From positions 172,115 to 236,114 of IMG/VR virus record IMGVR_UViG_3300045988_142085: DNA of 64,000 bases. The stretch is one strand, 5' to 3'. Both the position numbers and the translations under genes were made by a program. The notes beneath the pieces are model-generated. The model saw only the letters and a list, made by a program, of their open reading frames with translations. It searched no databases and was not told where the DNA came from. Of this stretch, positions 33,701-42,227 are shown piece by piece (within the stretch, counting starts at the first letter, position 1; every line of letters begins with the position of its first letter). This DNA comes from a virus.

Positions 33701-36700
33701 TAAACCAAATGCATAACATATTTGTTTTGTTAATACAATTTTTCTAGGAATTCTTCTTATTTTTCTATTATGCTTTATGTAAGCTTGAACACTTTCGTAA
33801 ACTCTATCATTCCAGTTCATTTTTTCTAAGAGTTTTTTTCTTTCTCCTCGATTAAATTTTGGAACGCCATATTTTTCAAAATATTCATATATTTCAACAA
33901 ATTGTCTATTTTTTGTATTAATTTTATATAAATATTTTTCTGTTGAAATATATTCTGGTAATAATAATCCTAAATCTAATATTATTTCTTGATTTTTAGA
34001 TTTTGGAATAGGATAAGCGACATAGTTACCAATTTTAATGTCTTTTACTTTTTTCCAAGATAATCTATTTTTCAATAAATTAATATCATATAATTTATAT
34101 TTTTTTAAATGAATATTATGTTTATCTAATTTATAATCATAAATTAAATTATCTTGGAACATTTTTTTCCATAATTGACAAACATCATTTATAGAAATAT
34201 TAACAAGATCAGCTAAATCTTTTTTAGATGTTATTCCATTCTTTAATGCATTTAATACAGTATTTGCTCTTTTGTAATATGATAAAGAATTTCCAGATAA
34301 TTCTTTTGTTACATTATTAGAAGATTCAGTAACTAATAATGGATGATTTTCAGAAAATTCATAATCAAATGCAAATAAACTATTAACTTTTAACGAATAA
34401 ACTTTTTCTTTTAATTCTATTTTACGACAGACAATTTTATTTACGACTGTATTTTGACCAGTATGATCAATAATTATTGATTGATTTTCTACTACTTCAT
34501 CAGCAGCTAAATAGTCAAGATTGCCTATTTCTACCATTGTATTTTTTGAAATACAGTATGCATCGCCCATATAGAATTTTTCTGGAAGCCAAGCATGTTG
34601 ATCTGCCATTGTATTCATCAACGGATTAACACGTCGTCTTCTCGAAAATTCCGGTAAGAAACGACGGCTAATTTCGGCTGTTTCACCGCCGAGACCACCT
34701 ATACCAGCATCCCAGAATTGACGAGTGAATGAATCGATATCGCCAGCATTAGCAATGAATTTAGATTCGTCACGGCCGAATGCTTGAGATCCGATATAAC
34801 CATAAATACCGGTTAATAATCTTGAAGTAGTTTGTAATTCATCTAAATAATCACGACCACCATTTGAATTCATTAAATTATTATATAGGTCGGCATTATT
34901 TAAAATTTCTTCCAACGATCCTTTAGGTCTACCACGTTTAACACGTTGTTGTATATACATACCATTAGGATTAGTATAAGGAGAACTACCAGAATAAATA
35001 GCATTATTCATAGCAGAAATAGTACTTCCTGTGCCATTAGTAACAGGCTGTAAACTTGCTACTTCAGGATTTACTGTTCCGTCAGGATTAATATACTTAA
35101 CGTAATCGGCTGCCGATGCGTACATCGGTGCTTGTGGTGCATATTGTTGATCGCCACTTTGCACATATTCATTATCAGTCGGATGATCGAATGCCGTAAA
35201 ATCATATACGCCAAGACGTCCATTTTGGAATATTAGATAACGAGTATCTTGAGACTGCTCTTGTATTTGCTGGTTCATATGGTACATGACTGCTTTAACG
35301 TCACGACCGAACCACATTCTATCCTCATGGTATTTTTTCTTAGGCTTAATTATTTCACCTAATGTCGGATTAAGAATTAAACCTTGAAGAGTATTAGATT
35401 CAAACAAAGGACCTGATTCTAAATAAGGTCTATCTTCTGAATGCATCTCTTCTAACCAATAAGGATTAAGAGCATATATTAATGGAGATAAAGGGTTAGA
35501 TAATGTCGGTATTGGACTATGCATCCATTTATTAAAGTAACCGCCATAAATACCTTCAGTCTTATAATCAGACTTAGCTAACTTTAAACTATTATCTTCC
35601 CAATATGAAATACTAGAACCACGGAATTCATTCGTAGAACCCCATACCCAATAACGACCAGCACGAATTGGATCCTTACCGTTTTGATAATAATCTAATC
35701 GTTCCTCATAAGATTGATAAGGGCGATAATCGCCACTGATATACTGGGCCATTGGGTTAGCCATTTTAGCTAACTTAAATACATCGGTTAACCCTGTAGC
35801 ATCAGTAAATTTTCTAAAGCCTAAATCGATATTCGCTAAACCAGTTTGGAAATTTTCATTTAAATTAAATGTGTCGTCTGCCCAGTCAAATTGTGTATAT
35901 AAAAAACTAGCAGGCAATACACGTTTAAATAAAAGTTTGTCGATTATTTCTAAGCTGCTTCTTGAGGCATTTTCATGTAGTCCAAGACCATGACCAAATG
36001 TAAGAACTCGAGCAACTGCTCTTGTTGCAACGTTATTTACGACACCGGTAAAAGCACCTGGATCAAGCATATTAAGGCCGCCACTTAATCGGCTAACCAT
36101 CTTATATAAAGTCGACCCTGCTACAGATAAATCATTTGCTGTGCTATTATTAGAAAAATCTAAATGGCCACCAGTAACTTTACCTAACCATGTTGTTTGA
36201 CTTAATTTAGAATTCGCAAACAATCCTTTAGCCGAATCAGAAATTCCTTGCATTAATCCATTAAGATCGCCACTATTCCAAGAAGTAATTATCTTCTTAA
36301 CATCGAGCGATTTTCTTGCTAAAACTGGAGCAGCAGCATTTCCCTTTTTACCGAAATCATAATGGATATCTTTGCCATTACCTAAATAATGCCCGAGTAT
36401 TCTATCGGCTTCAGGACTATCGTCTAATGTATCTTGTATTTTCTTAAATACGGCAGAACCAATATCTTGCTTATCTCGATTAAAGTTATGTCGATCTTTA
36501 ATAACGTTAATACCAGATTCTTTTTTATACTTTTCTAAAGTATACATATCTTTTAGTTTTTGTTTTTCACCTGGAGATATGTTTAAAGAATCTATTTTAG
36601 CATAAGCTTCTGCTTGTGTTTTGCCTAAAGAATCGACAGCATTTTTAACGACGGCTTCATTAACTGTTTCTTCGACAGATTTAATTTTATATAAAGCTTC

Positions 36701-38440
36701 ACTACCGATACCGATACCGTCATCGCGTAAACGAGCATTAATTTTTTTGCCGTCGCTAGCAGCTTTAACGACACTTAATAAATCTAAGTTATCGACCTGA
36801 TCAACGTCGATATCCCGCAAGATTCTTCTTTTAGCACTTTCACTTTTTGCATGATATACATCACGTATTTTAGAAAGTGTATCTTTTTTAATGCCTTCTT
36901 TTGATGCGGCTAAATCGAGAACGATTTTCTCAGTATTTTTTTCTAAGTCGATATCGATACTTTGTACGGCACGAGCATGAGAATAGGCACGTCTGCCTAA
37001 TGCTGCTAATTCTGATTCGCTTAGCTGGTCTATATTAGTATTTCTTAATGCGTATAAATTATTGCCGTCTACATCAGTTAGTCTTTTAGCGCCTTCACTT
37101 CTGCCAAGCTGAGCCCAATTAGTTTTCTCTTGTTGAACACCATATTGACTCATTATACGACCATGATGAACTATATCGTCATTAGTAGAATGCCAATTGT
37201 ATCCGCTAATATCCATTTGTTCCATCTTACCGGTCGTAAGATCTTGGCGATATAATTTGTCTCGATTACGAACTAATAATGTTCCTTCCTTTTGGAAGTT
37301 AGCCATACCGAGTTTAAACTGAGCGTTAGAATAAACATCGACGCCTAACTGATTTCGAGGCGATAAATCATCGAGACCAAATAACTTACCAGCTAATGTA
37401 TCGCCGACAATTCCTTTTGCTTCAGATTTTATTTTATCTAAATTAGGAGTATTTAATACTTCGCCATCGACATACTTAGTGCTATCATTATATTTAGCAT
37501 TTTCAAATAAATCTGCTAAGAAAGCTGTTCTACTATCACTGCGTATTTTATCGAGAGCATTATCGACATCGATGATATCTCGTTTACCGTTACGAGATAC
37601 GATCGGAACATCGAGAGCACCATTATCGATTGCTGCATCAGCTTGCTTTTGTTTTACAAAATCGGCTAATGCAAAATCATGAATTTCTCCAGTCTTTTTA
37701 GCTTGATGCTTTTCTAGTAGTTCTCCAATATCTCTGATTTGATTCTCGATAAAATTCTCGGTAATCTTTTCGCCGCGGCCACCAACACTTTGCCAATCTT
37801 CAAAACTTTGTTTTCTTGTTAAGTTTCGAATAGTTCGTAATGCTACATTTGTATCATCAAATTCTGCATACTCTGACTCGCCATCCATAACGACGTCTCT
37901 TAATGTATTTTTAAGACGTTCAGAGAACCCGACAGTGCCGTCATATCGTTGAGATGGAACGATATTATTAATAGCGTCGACCATGTTGTCGATCGTTGCT
38001 TGATTGACGCCGGCATCTTTAAAATCGGTTGCTATCGAATCGATTACTTGAGCATGATATAATCCTTGTAAATTCTTTTCTGCATCTGCTTGTAAATTTA
38101 ATGTACGATTAAGAGTGTCACGAAGAATATCGGTTTGTTTGTCGGCCGTTACTGCAGATGAAGGTTTAGGAAAATTTCCTCTTAATGCTTGATTAGCATA
38201 TCCTTCTAACTCAGATAATGTAATAGCATTAGCGCCATCATCCGTTATTTTTGAGAGTCTACGCTCTACTTGTCCTATAATAGGATCGAGTTTAGATAAA
38301 ACTCTCGCCCCTCTTTTTGTTCTAGAAAAAGCAAAAGCGGCCCCGACGAGTCCGCCGGTAGCCGCTACTGTATCAACAAAAGAGTCGGCAGGACTATCAG
38401 AAGGAGCTTCTATTCCTTTAAATAAATAATCGTCAGCCAT
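30701..38440 (-). CDS. Giant virion protein (2579 aa precursor, ~2051-aa extein) interrupted by an in-frame intein. C-terminal Ala/Gly-rich hydrophobic segment.
   Basis: A 7.7-kb ORF directly downstream of two chaperone-like genes. The extein junction reads ...KFYMGDAY / TSLPNAEARLPG.... The C-terminal region contains AAAFAGTGLAIALAKNNP. Confidence 0.55.
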   Translation of the reverse strand: MADDYLFKGIEAPSDSPADSFVDTVAATGGLVGAAFAFSRTKRGARVLSKLDPIIGQVERRLSKITDDGANAITLSELEGYANQALRGNFPKPSSAVTADKQTDILRDTLNRTLNLQADAEKNLQGLYHAQVIDSIATDFKDAGVNQATIDNMVDAINNIVPSQRYDGTVGFSERLKNTLRDVVMDGESEYAEFDDTNVALRTIRNLTRKQSFEDWQSVGGRGEKITENFIENQIRDIGELLEKHQAKKTGEIHDFALADFVKQKQADAAIDNGALDVPIVSRNGKRDIIDVDNALDKIRSDSRTAFLADLFENAKYNDSTKYVDGEVLNTPNLDKIKSEAKGIVGDTLAGKLFGLDDLSPRNQLGVDVYSNAQFKLGMANFQKEGTLLVRNRDKLYRQDLTTGKMEQMDISGYNWHSTNDDIVHHGRIMSQYGVQQEKTNWAQLGRSEGAKRLTDVDGNNLYALRNTNIDQLSESELAALGRRAYSHARAVQSIDIDLEKNTEKIVLDLAASKEGIKKDTLSKIRDVYHAKSESAKRRILRDIDVDQVDNLDLLSVVKAASDGKKINARLRDDGIGIGSEALYKIKSVEETVNEAVVKNAVDSLGKTQAEAYAKIDSLNISPGEKQKLKDMYTLEKYKKESGINVIKDRHNFNRDKQDIGSAVFKKIQDTLDDSPEADRILGHYLGNGKDIHYDFGKKGNAAAPVLARKSLDVKKIITSWNSGDLNGLMQGISDSAKGLFANSKLSQTTWLGKVTGGHLDFSNNSTANDLSVAGSTLYKMVSRLSGGLNMLDPGAFTGVVNNVATRAVARVLTFGHGLGLHENASRSSLEIIDKLLFKRVLPASFLYTQFDWADDTFNLNENFQTGLANIDLGFRKFTDATGLTDVFKLAKMANPMAQYISGDYRPYQSYEERLDYYQNGKDPIRAGRYWVWGSTNEFRGSSISYWEDNSLKLAKSDYKTEGIYGGYFNKWMHSPIPTLSNPLSPLIYALNPYWLEEMHSEDRPYLESGPLFESNTLQGLILNPTLGEIIKPKKKYHEDRMWFGRDVKAVMYHMNQQIQEQSQDTRYLIFQNGRLGVYDFTAFDHPTDNEYVQSGDQQYAPQAPMYASAADYVKYINPDGTVNPEVASLQPVTNGTGSTISAMNNAIYSGSSPYTNPNGMYIQQRVKRGRPKGSLEEILNNADLYNNLMNSNGGRDYLDELQTTSRLLTGIYGYIGSQAFGRDESKFIANAGDIDSFTRQFWDAGIGGLGGETAEISRRFLPEFSRRRRVNPLMNTMADQHAWLPEKFYMGDAYCISKNTMVEIGNLDYLAADEVVENQSIIIDHTGQNTVVNKIVCRKIELKEKVYSLKVNSLFAFDYEFSENHPLLVTESSNNVTKELSGNSLSYYKRANTVLNALKNGITSKKDLADLVNISINDVCQLWKKMFQDNLIYDYKLDKHNIHLKKYKLYDINLLKNRLSWKKVKDIKIGNYVAYPIPKSKNQEIILDLGLLLPEYISTEKYLYKINTKNRQFVEIYEYFEKYGVPKFNRGERKKLLEKMNWNDRVYESVQAYIKHNRKIRRIPRKIVLTKQICYAFGLYLAEGWNNGCSIGMAHNINERDYAYNAFLGFKQIDSYINFSFKRSGVTNGAYSRFGSSIIASLLDVLFNKGAHDKKIPEFFWDAKEECVLGLLEGYICGDGSNFVMKSGYGKETEKISITSCNKKLLYQVRKLLLRFNIVGSINIHNKTSKKIRITKYLVTAGISYSLNIRGKKASILSELLFGKSLLPINNRARESSHHYINNGYLYLRIEDIKEINTIKEVYGYQVNQNNSFCVVGFATHNTSLPNAEARLPGKGYEAINALHPDQFASDGYGAIDRYKILADIAPNSPEYKYWKQIVKMMNSDEAKKVLQDTEEMVKHQGKKHDFFNYKFLGKTTVSQEGHIEEVLSNGKFKIAGDDRLYQIAGVKFKENGFMSKQQLLQVIQPGQRVTMRIDDEERTDNPDAPQAPIRAALFLNGENISDTLREVGLAEYDMDDSSAAGAYANYNTFGRIFGSAAELVTHAQIPILHSQFMRINDPLEEYRSDQLYGSGFASWEDIIDTMLVPTFEQSKTSFVKDLVADSAYRYYKGLNSRALDNASKSRLAVAKFASTYLDGPALAGEITGRFTFVGANAVERKEKLSRAFRFAGNAFAMATSTDDPMYATYAWGRMGYDIGSHLNLFDKFVSDESIIGRFAEGIFGNVDNKGIEKLVDFAKRTRASRMLQAAAFAGTGLAIALAKNNPITEALGLDHVYTPDNVEKRWDTEEYFDRLRYIKYMGLYEAAKEKAKSEEGVDVDKLYQHQAALRAEMDGDVSITDMMASVLTSGTPSNDPLAQWINKKFGRLSEDMTTLAAGEWTEQAIMYHQVAESTVYALNKDSEYSDIIRALPSTEKEYFVEFAKVTNEKQRRAILRNVSPSLAKALKLVWYQEETETESNESYFTTHNLPGPLWQGWEASSNLEDIKAKVIYNEGMQYADFGIYSSTYEDPEVINAPNIENIRNGDDPITVRAKINTVLSGIGLTEKQIQVNPTQQDGIIDIVTNVTSVIGYKIDKALSFL
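32972..34555 (-). mobile_element. Intein (528 aa) with an embedded LAGLIDADG homing endonuclease domain, inserted in the 2579-aa giant protein.
   Basis: Starts with Cys (CISKNTMVEIG; Cys codon at 34553-34555) and ends with ...VVGFATHN followed by extein Thr (codons at 32972-32977). Contains LAGLIDADG-type motifs GLYLAEGWNNG and LLEGYICGDGSNF. The region is markedly AT-richer than the flanking extein DNA. Confidence 0.7.
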
Positions 38441-38462
38441 ATTTTTCCCTTGTTATATTAAT

Positions 38463-39266
38463 TTAATTATTATTTCTAAGTTCAGCTAACTCTGCAAGTG
38501 TCATATCATGAGGATTTTTACCGCTTAATGCTACTTCACGAATAGAGTTTTCATCGCCTTGATTTACAAATGCTTCTGGGAACATAGCTTTTAGTTCGTC
38601 TTCAGACATTTGTTGTTTACGTCTTTTTGGACGTTTAACTGTTGGTTTTGGTTTTTTAATTTCTTCCGGAGGCTTTTCTCGTTGTTCTCTTAACTTATCG
38701 AAGTATTGTTTTTCTTCGTTAAACAAACGAGGATCGTCTTGTTTAAACGATACGTTACTGCCAGCATCGAGAAGTTTTTCCATATCGAGACCGCCACGAC
38801 CATGGATGTTTTTTAAGATCCATTCGCTTCTTGCTAAGAAATCCATTGTTCTAACCATATCCCAATTATCGATATCTTCGATATCGTATTCAGGGAATGC
38901 TTCATGGATTACACAAGAGATTTGTTTATCGACATTTTGCATATTATCGACAGCATTTAAATAAAGAATTTCTCGGCCTCGTTTGCTCATGAAACTAGCA
39001 TCGAGAATCTTCTGTGCTAAATCGGCAATAAGACCAGCTGGCTGTGCTCCGATATCGAAATTTTCAGGATATAAGATACAGTTATAACAAACAATATCTT
39101 CACGCTCCACATCCATAAGTTGTTCATTTTCGAATAGCTCATAGTATTGTGAACGAGTTAACGGTCGATAAATTACGATACCGTCCGGGAATCCTGTATA
39201 AGTAAAAACAGTTTTATATTTTTCTTTTAGTTGTGTAAATATTTCATCGAAACGTAATTCTTCCAT
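38463..39266 (-). CDS. Acidic protein (267 aa), candidate tail assembly chaperone.
   Basis: Sits immediately upstream (in transcription order) of the first giant tail-lumen gene. Acidic, with a basic K/R-rich tail segment. Confidence 0.35.
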   Translation of the reverse strand: MEELRFDEIFTQLKEKYKTVFTYTGFPDGIVIYRPLTRSQYYELFENEQLMDVEREDIVCYNCILYPENFDIGAQPAGLIADLAQKILDASFMSKRGREILYLNAVDNMQNVDKQISCVIHEAFPEYDIEDIDNWDMVRTMDFLARSEWILKNIHGRGGLDMEKLLDAGSNVSFKQDDPRLFNEEKQYFDKLREQREKPPEEIKKPKPTVKRPKRRKQQMSEDELKAMFPEAFVNQGDENSIREVALSGKNPHDMTLAELAELRNNN

Positions 39267-39277
39267 ATCAACACACC

Positions 39278-39835
39278 TTATAATGGATTAGAAACAGTAT
39301 TCTTTTCGTAACCAGAGTTTACTAAAATTTCATTTACGACAGTATCGATAAAACCACCGAATGTTTCTTTACAGTATTCAATTCGTTCTGGACGTGGGAA
39401 CAAAACGAAATAACGAAGAATATTGTCGCTACGTAAATCTTCTAATTTTTGTATGCGTTCTTCATAATCTGTAATAGCATCAAATTCAGCTTGTTGTTCG
39501 AAAGACAAATTAGTCATAAGATGTTGTTCGGCACGAGTAATGATTTTATATACGATAAACTGATCGTTTAACATTCGAAAAAATCGAACATTTTTATTTT
39601 CTTTTCGAATGCGAGCAGCTTCACTGTTCATTAAATATTCTGTCTTAGAAGGATCGAAATCGTCGTCATGTTCTGTATTAGATACTTCGACTACATCGAC
39701 ACCACCAGTCATTTCACGATCGATATTATCGACAGGATTTGTAGTATCTTTTACGGATTGAGTTTCTTTAATATCGATACCTTTTTTATGTTGTTGATTA
39801 TTAAACTTTTGTTTCTTCTTGTTATTAGTTGTCAT
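39278..39835 (-). CDS. Acidic protein (185 aa), candidate tail assembly chaperone.
   Basis: Precedes the 267-aa ORF by 12 nt in the classical chaperone position between the tube and tape-measure-like genes. Confidence 0.35.
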   Translation of the reverse strand: MTTNNKKKQKFNNQQHKKGIDIKETQSVKDTTNPVDNIDREMTGGVDVVEVSNTEHDDDFDPSKTEYLMNSEAARIRKENKNVRFFRMLNDQFIVYKIITRAEQHLMTNLSFEQQAEFDAITDYEERIQKLEDLRSDNILRYFVLFPRPERIEYCKETFGGFIDTVVNEILVNSGYEKNTVSNPL

Positions 39836-39849
39836 AAATCAGTTTGTCC

Positions 39850-40488
39850 TTAGCTATTAATTACCTTACGATCTCGAGCTAAAAATTGATATTGCTCTAA
39901 CACTGGACGACCAGAAGAATCGAGTACTGTTTGTACATTCATTATATGACAGTCTAATAAAATAACGTGTAACGGTTGACCCATTACATCGTCATCTTGT
40001 CCATATACAATATCGATTTCAAACCCTTGTCTCCATATAGCATCATGCTCAGGATTAGATTGTACGGTTTGAGATAATCGATGTGGTTGAACAATTTCTT
40101 TATATTCGACTTCGGTTGTCTTATCCTCGGCAACTAAAGTTGCTTTCTGATATTTCTTAATCATGTTATCGATGTAAAGTGGTTCGGTAAAATTAATAGT
40201 AAACGTTCCTTGTACTAACCGATTACCGATAGCTAACTCGTCATAGATATAAGAATTATAACCGAATAATGGCATATCGTGTTGAGATAATCCATAATTA
40301 ATATTCTGGATATCGGTAACTAATTTATCACCGAACCATACATTTGCATCGATCTGAGAATAATATCTTTTATATGTCGGAGTATTTTTAGTATACCCAG
40401 ACGAAGATCGAGTGATTTCTTGTTCAACGTTTTTATTTGTATAGGACAATAGACTGCTTAAATGATTATCGAAGCGCTTTCGTCTCAT
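39850..40488 (-). CDS. Hypothetical tail protein (212 aa).
   Basis: Compact ORF in the tail module. Confidence 0.5.
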   Translation of the reverse strand: MRRKRFDNHLSSLLSYTNKNVEQEITRSSSGYTKNTPTYKRYYSQIDANVWFGDKLVTDIQNINYGLSQHDMPLFGYNSYIYDELAIGNRLVQGTFTINFTEPLYIDNMIKKYQKATLVAEDKTTEVEYKEIVQPHRLSQTVQSNPEHDAIWRQGFEIDIVYGQDDDVMGQPLHVILLDCHIMNVQTVLDSSGRPVLEQYQFLARDRKVINS

Positions 40489-40511
40489 AATATATTATAC
40501 TCCATATTTAT

Positions 40512-42227
40512 TTAAAAGTCTATTTGGTTCTTAATTAGAACGTTCCAATTAGCCAAATAATAATCGTTACCATTTCTCCATACTGTAACTAATCCAGTAT
40601 GAGTTCTAGTTTCTTTATCGTATATAGATATTACAGTATAATCGGCATCATCATATGTTATATATGCAGCATTATCTGTAACTTTTTTATATTCGAATCG
40701 ATAGTTTTCTCCACGCTTAAATTTAACGGCAGATACTATCATATTCTTAATATCGTTAGGAATAATTACTCGATGAGATGATTCTTGATTATACACATAC
40801 ATACCGATATCTTTATGTACTTGTTTAGAATAACGATACACATTTAAATAATGAATCATGTCGAGCAATTCTTCATAAGGATTAATTTGCACGAACCGAT
40901 CGATAACTTTATCGTAATAATTAGATAATGTTACGTCGTTGTTGCCGATACAATCTGTAAAATAATGATAATATTTATTTACGTCTTCTAATTCAAACTC
41001 TTCTTTTAAGAATGCCAATAAGCCAGTCTGTTCATAACGGAGAGTTTCTTCGATATATTTATGTTCGATATCTTGATCGATATTAAATAAACATATCGGA
41101 CTTAAAATATTATTATCTTTATCGGATAAATAGCTAAAGTAATTGCCGTCATAAATAGAATTACCTTGTGTCGGCAAATCGATTACTAAATTGTCGATTT
41201 CTTTTTTAACCAAAACTTGATCGGCTGCTAATCCTTCAACATCTGTTATGCAGAAATAAATAGGGTCAATATCTTGATATTGATTAGCACCATCGATAAG
41301 TGCCGTTATTTCACCATCTTCGACGATAATTTTAGGCATTTGTAAAATAGGATTATCGATATGTTTGCTGAGTAACATGCTAATTGCTAATTTAGTATCT
41401 TCATCGAAAGACTGATATGCTAATGGCAAATAACGAAGGCTATCTGTTAAATCGCTTATCTTAGTTGCAATAATATTTAATTTATCCCAGATAAGATTAG
41501 CCGAAGTTAAAGATGGATGAATCGTATAATAAGAATTAATAATATTCTGATCCAAGATTAAATCGATACGATATAAATAATCTTTATCTAAAAATCCTAA
41601 ATCGATATTTTCATCTTTAAAAGTTATAGTATCTTGATACTCATAAAACTTACCGGTAAATTTATATAAATTAATTTTACCTTCTAAGAATCCATTTATG
41701 ATATTAGGATGCAATAAAGACTGATTATCAGAGTTTAAATAAAGAGAGCTATTATTATCGATATTATTATAAAAATTATTAGCATTATAATGTTTAATCG
41801 CCGCTAATAATAAATAAAATAGTCGATACTTATTCTTCTCTTCTTGATTAGTCATATAAGAAAAATATAAAGTTTCGACTAAATTTAATCCGCGCTCATC
41901 AGATACTTTAATAATAAAATCCTTTAAATCTTTATTTAACTCATCGTTGAATATTAAATTATTTAAATACGTTAGCTGATATTCTAATCCTTCTGGGTAT
42001 ACTTCGATATATTTATCTTCAGATTGTCCATCAGGTCCTTTACTAAATACTCGATAGATACCAGACTGTAAATCGTTAATAATAACAGTCGGTTCTTCTA
42101 GTTCGTATTTAGTTAATTCATTTCCATCATCGACATATAGTTCTATATGACCATTAAAATAATCGTTACAATAGAGGGCAACGAATGTCTCAAATTGCCA
42201 CAAAAAAGTAATACTAGATGTGCTCAA
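40512..42227 (-). CDS. Hypothetical tail protein (571 aa).
   Basis: Long ORF overlapping the upstream gene by 14 nt, in the tail module. Confidence 0.55.
   Translation of the reverse strand: MSTSSITFLWQFETFVALYCNDYFNGHIELYVDDGNELTKYELEEPTVIINDLQSGIYRVFSKGPDGQSEDKYIEVYPEGLEYQLTYLNNLIFNDELNKDLKDFIIKVSDERGLNLVETLYFSYMTNQEEKNKYRLFYLLLAAIKHYNANNFYNNIDNNSSLYLNSDNQSLLHPNIINGFLEGKINLYKFTGKFYEYQDTITFKDENIDLGFLDKDYLYRIDLILDQNIINSYYTIHPSLTSANLIWDKLNIIATKISDLTDSLRYLPLAYQSFDEDTKLAISMLLSKHIDNPILQMPKIIVEDGEITALIDGANQYQDIDPIYFCITDVEGLAADQVLVKKEIDNLVIDLPTQGNSIYDGNYFSYLSDKDNNILSPICLFNIDQDIEHKYIEETLRYEQTGLLAFLKEEFELEDVNKYYHYFTDCIGNNDVTLSNYYDKVIDRFVQINPYEELLDMIHYLNVYRYSKQVHKDIGMYVYNQESSHRVIIPNDIKNMIVSAVKFKRGENYRFEYKKVTDNAAYITYDDADYTVISIYDKETRTHTGLVTVWRNGNDYYLANWNVLIKNQIDF

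Noticed and set aside
39278-39835. Programmed -1 frameshift (G/GT-type) between the two chaperone-like ORFs
   Set aside because: The two ORFs do not overlap (12-nt gap) and I see no slippery heptamer at the junction. They were therefore treated as separate genes.
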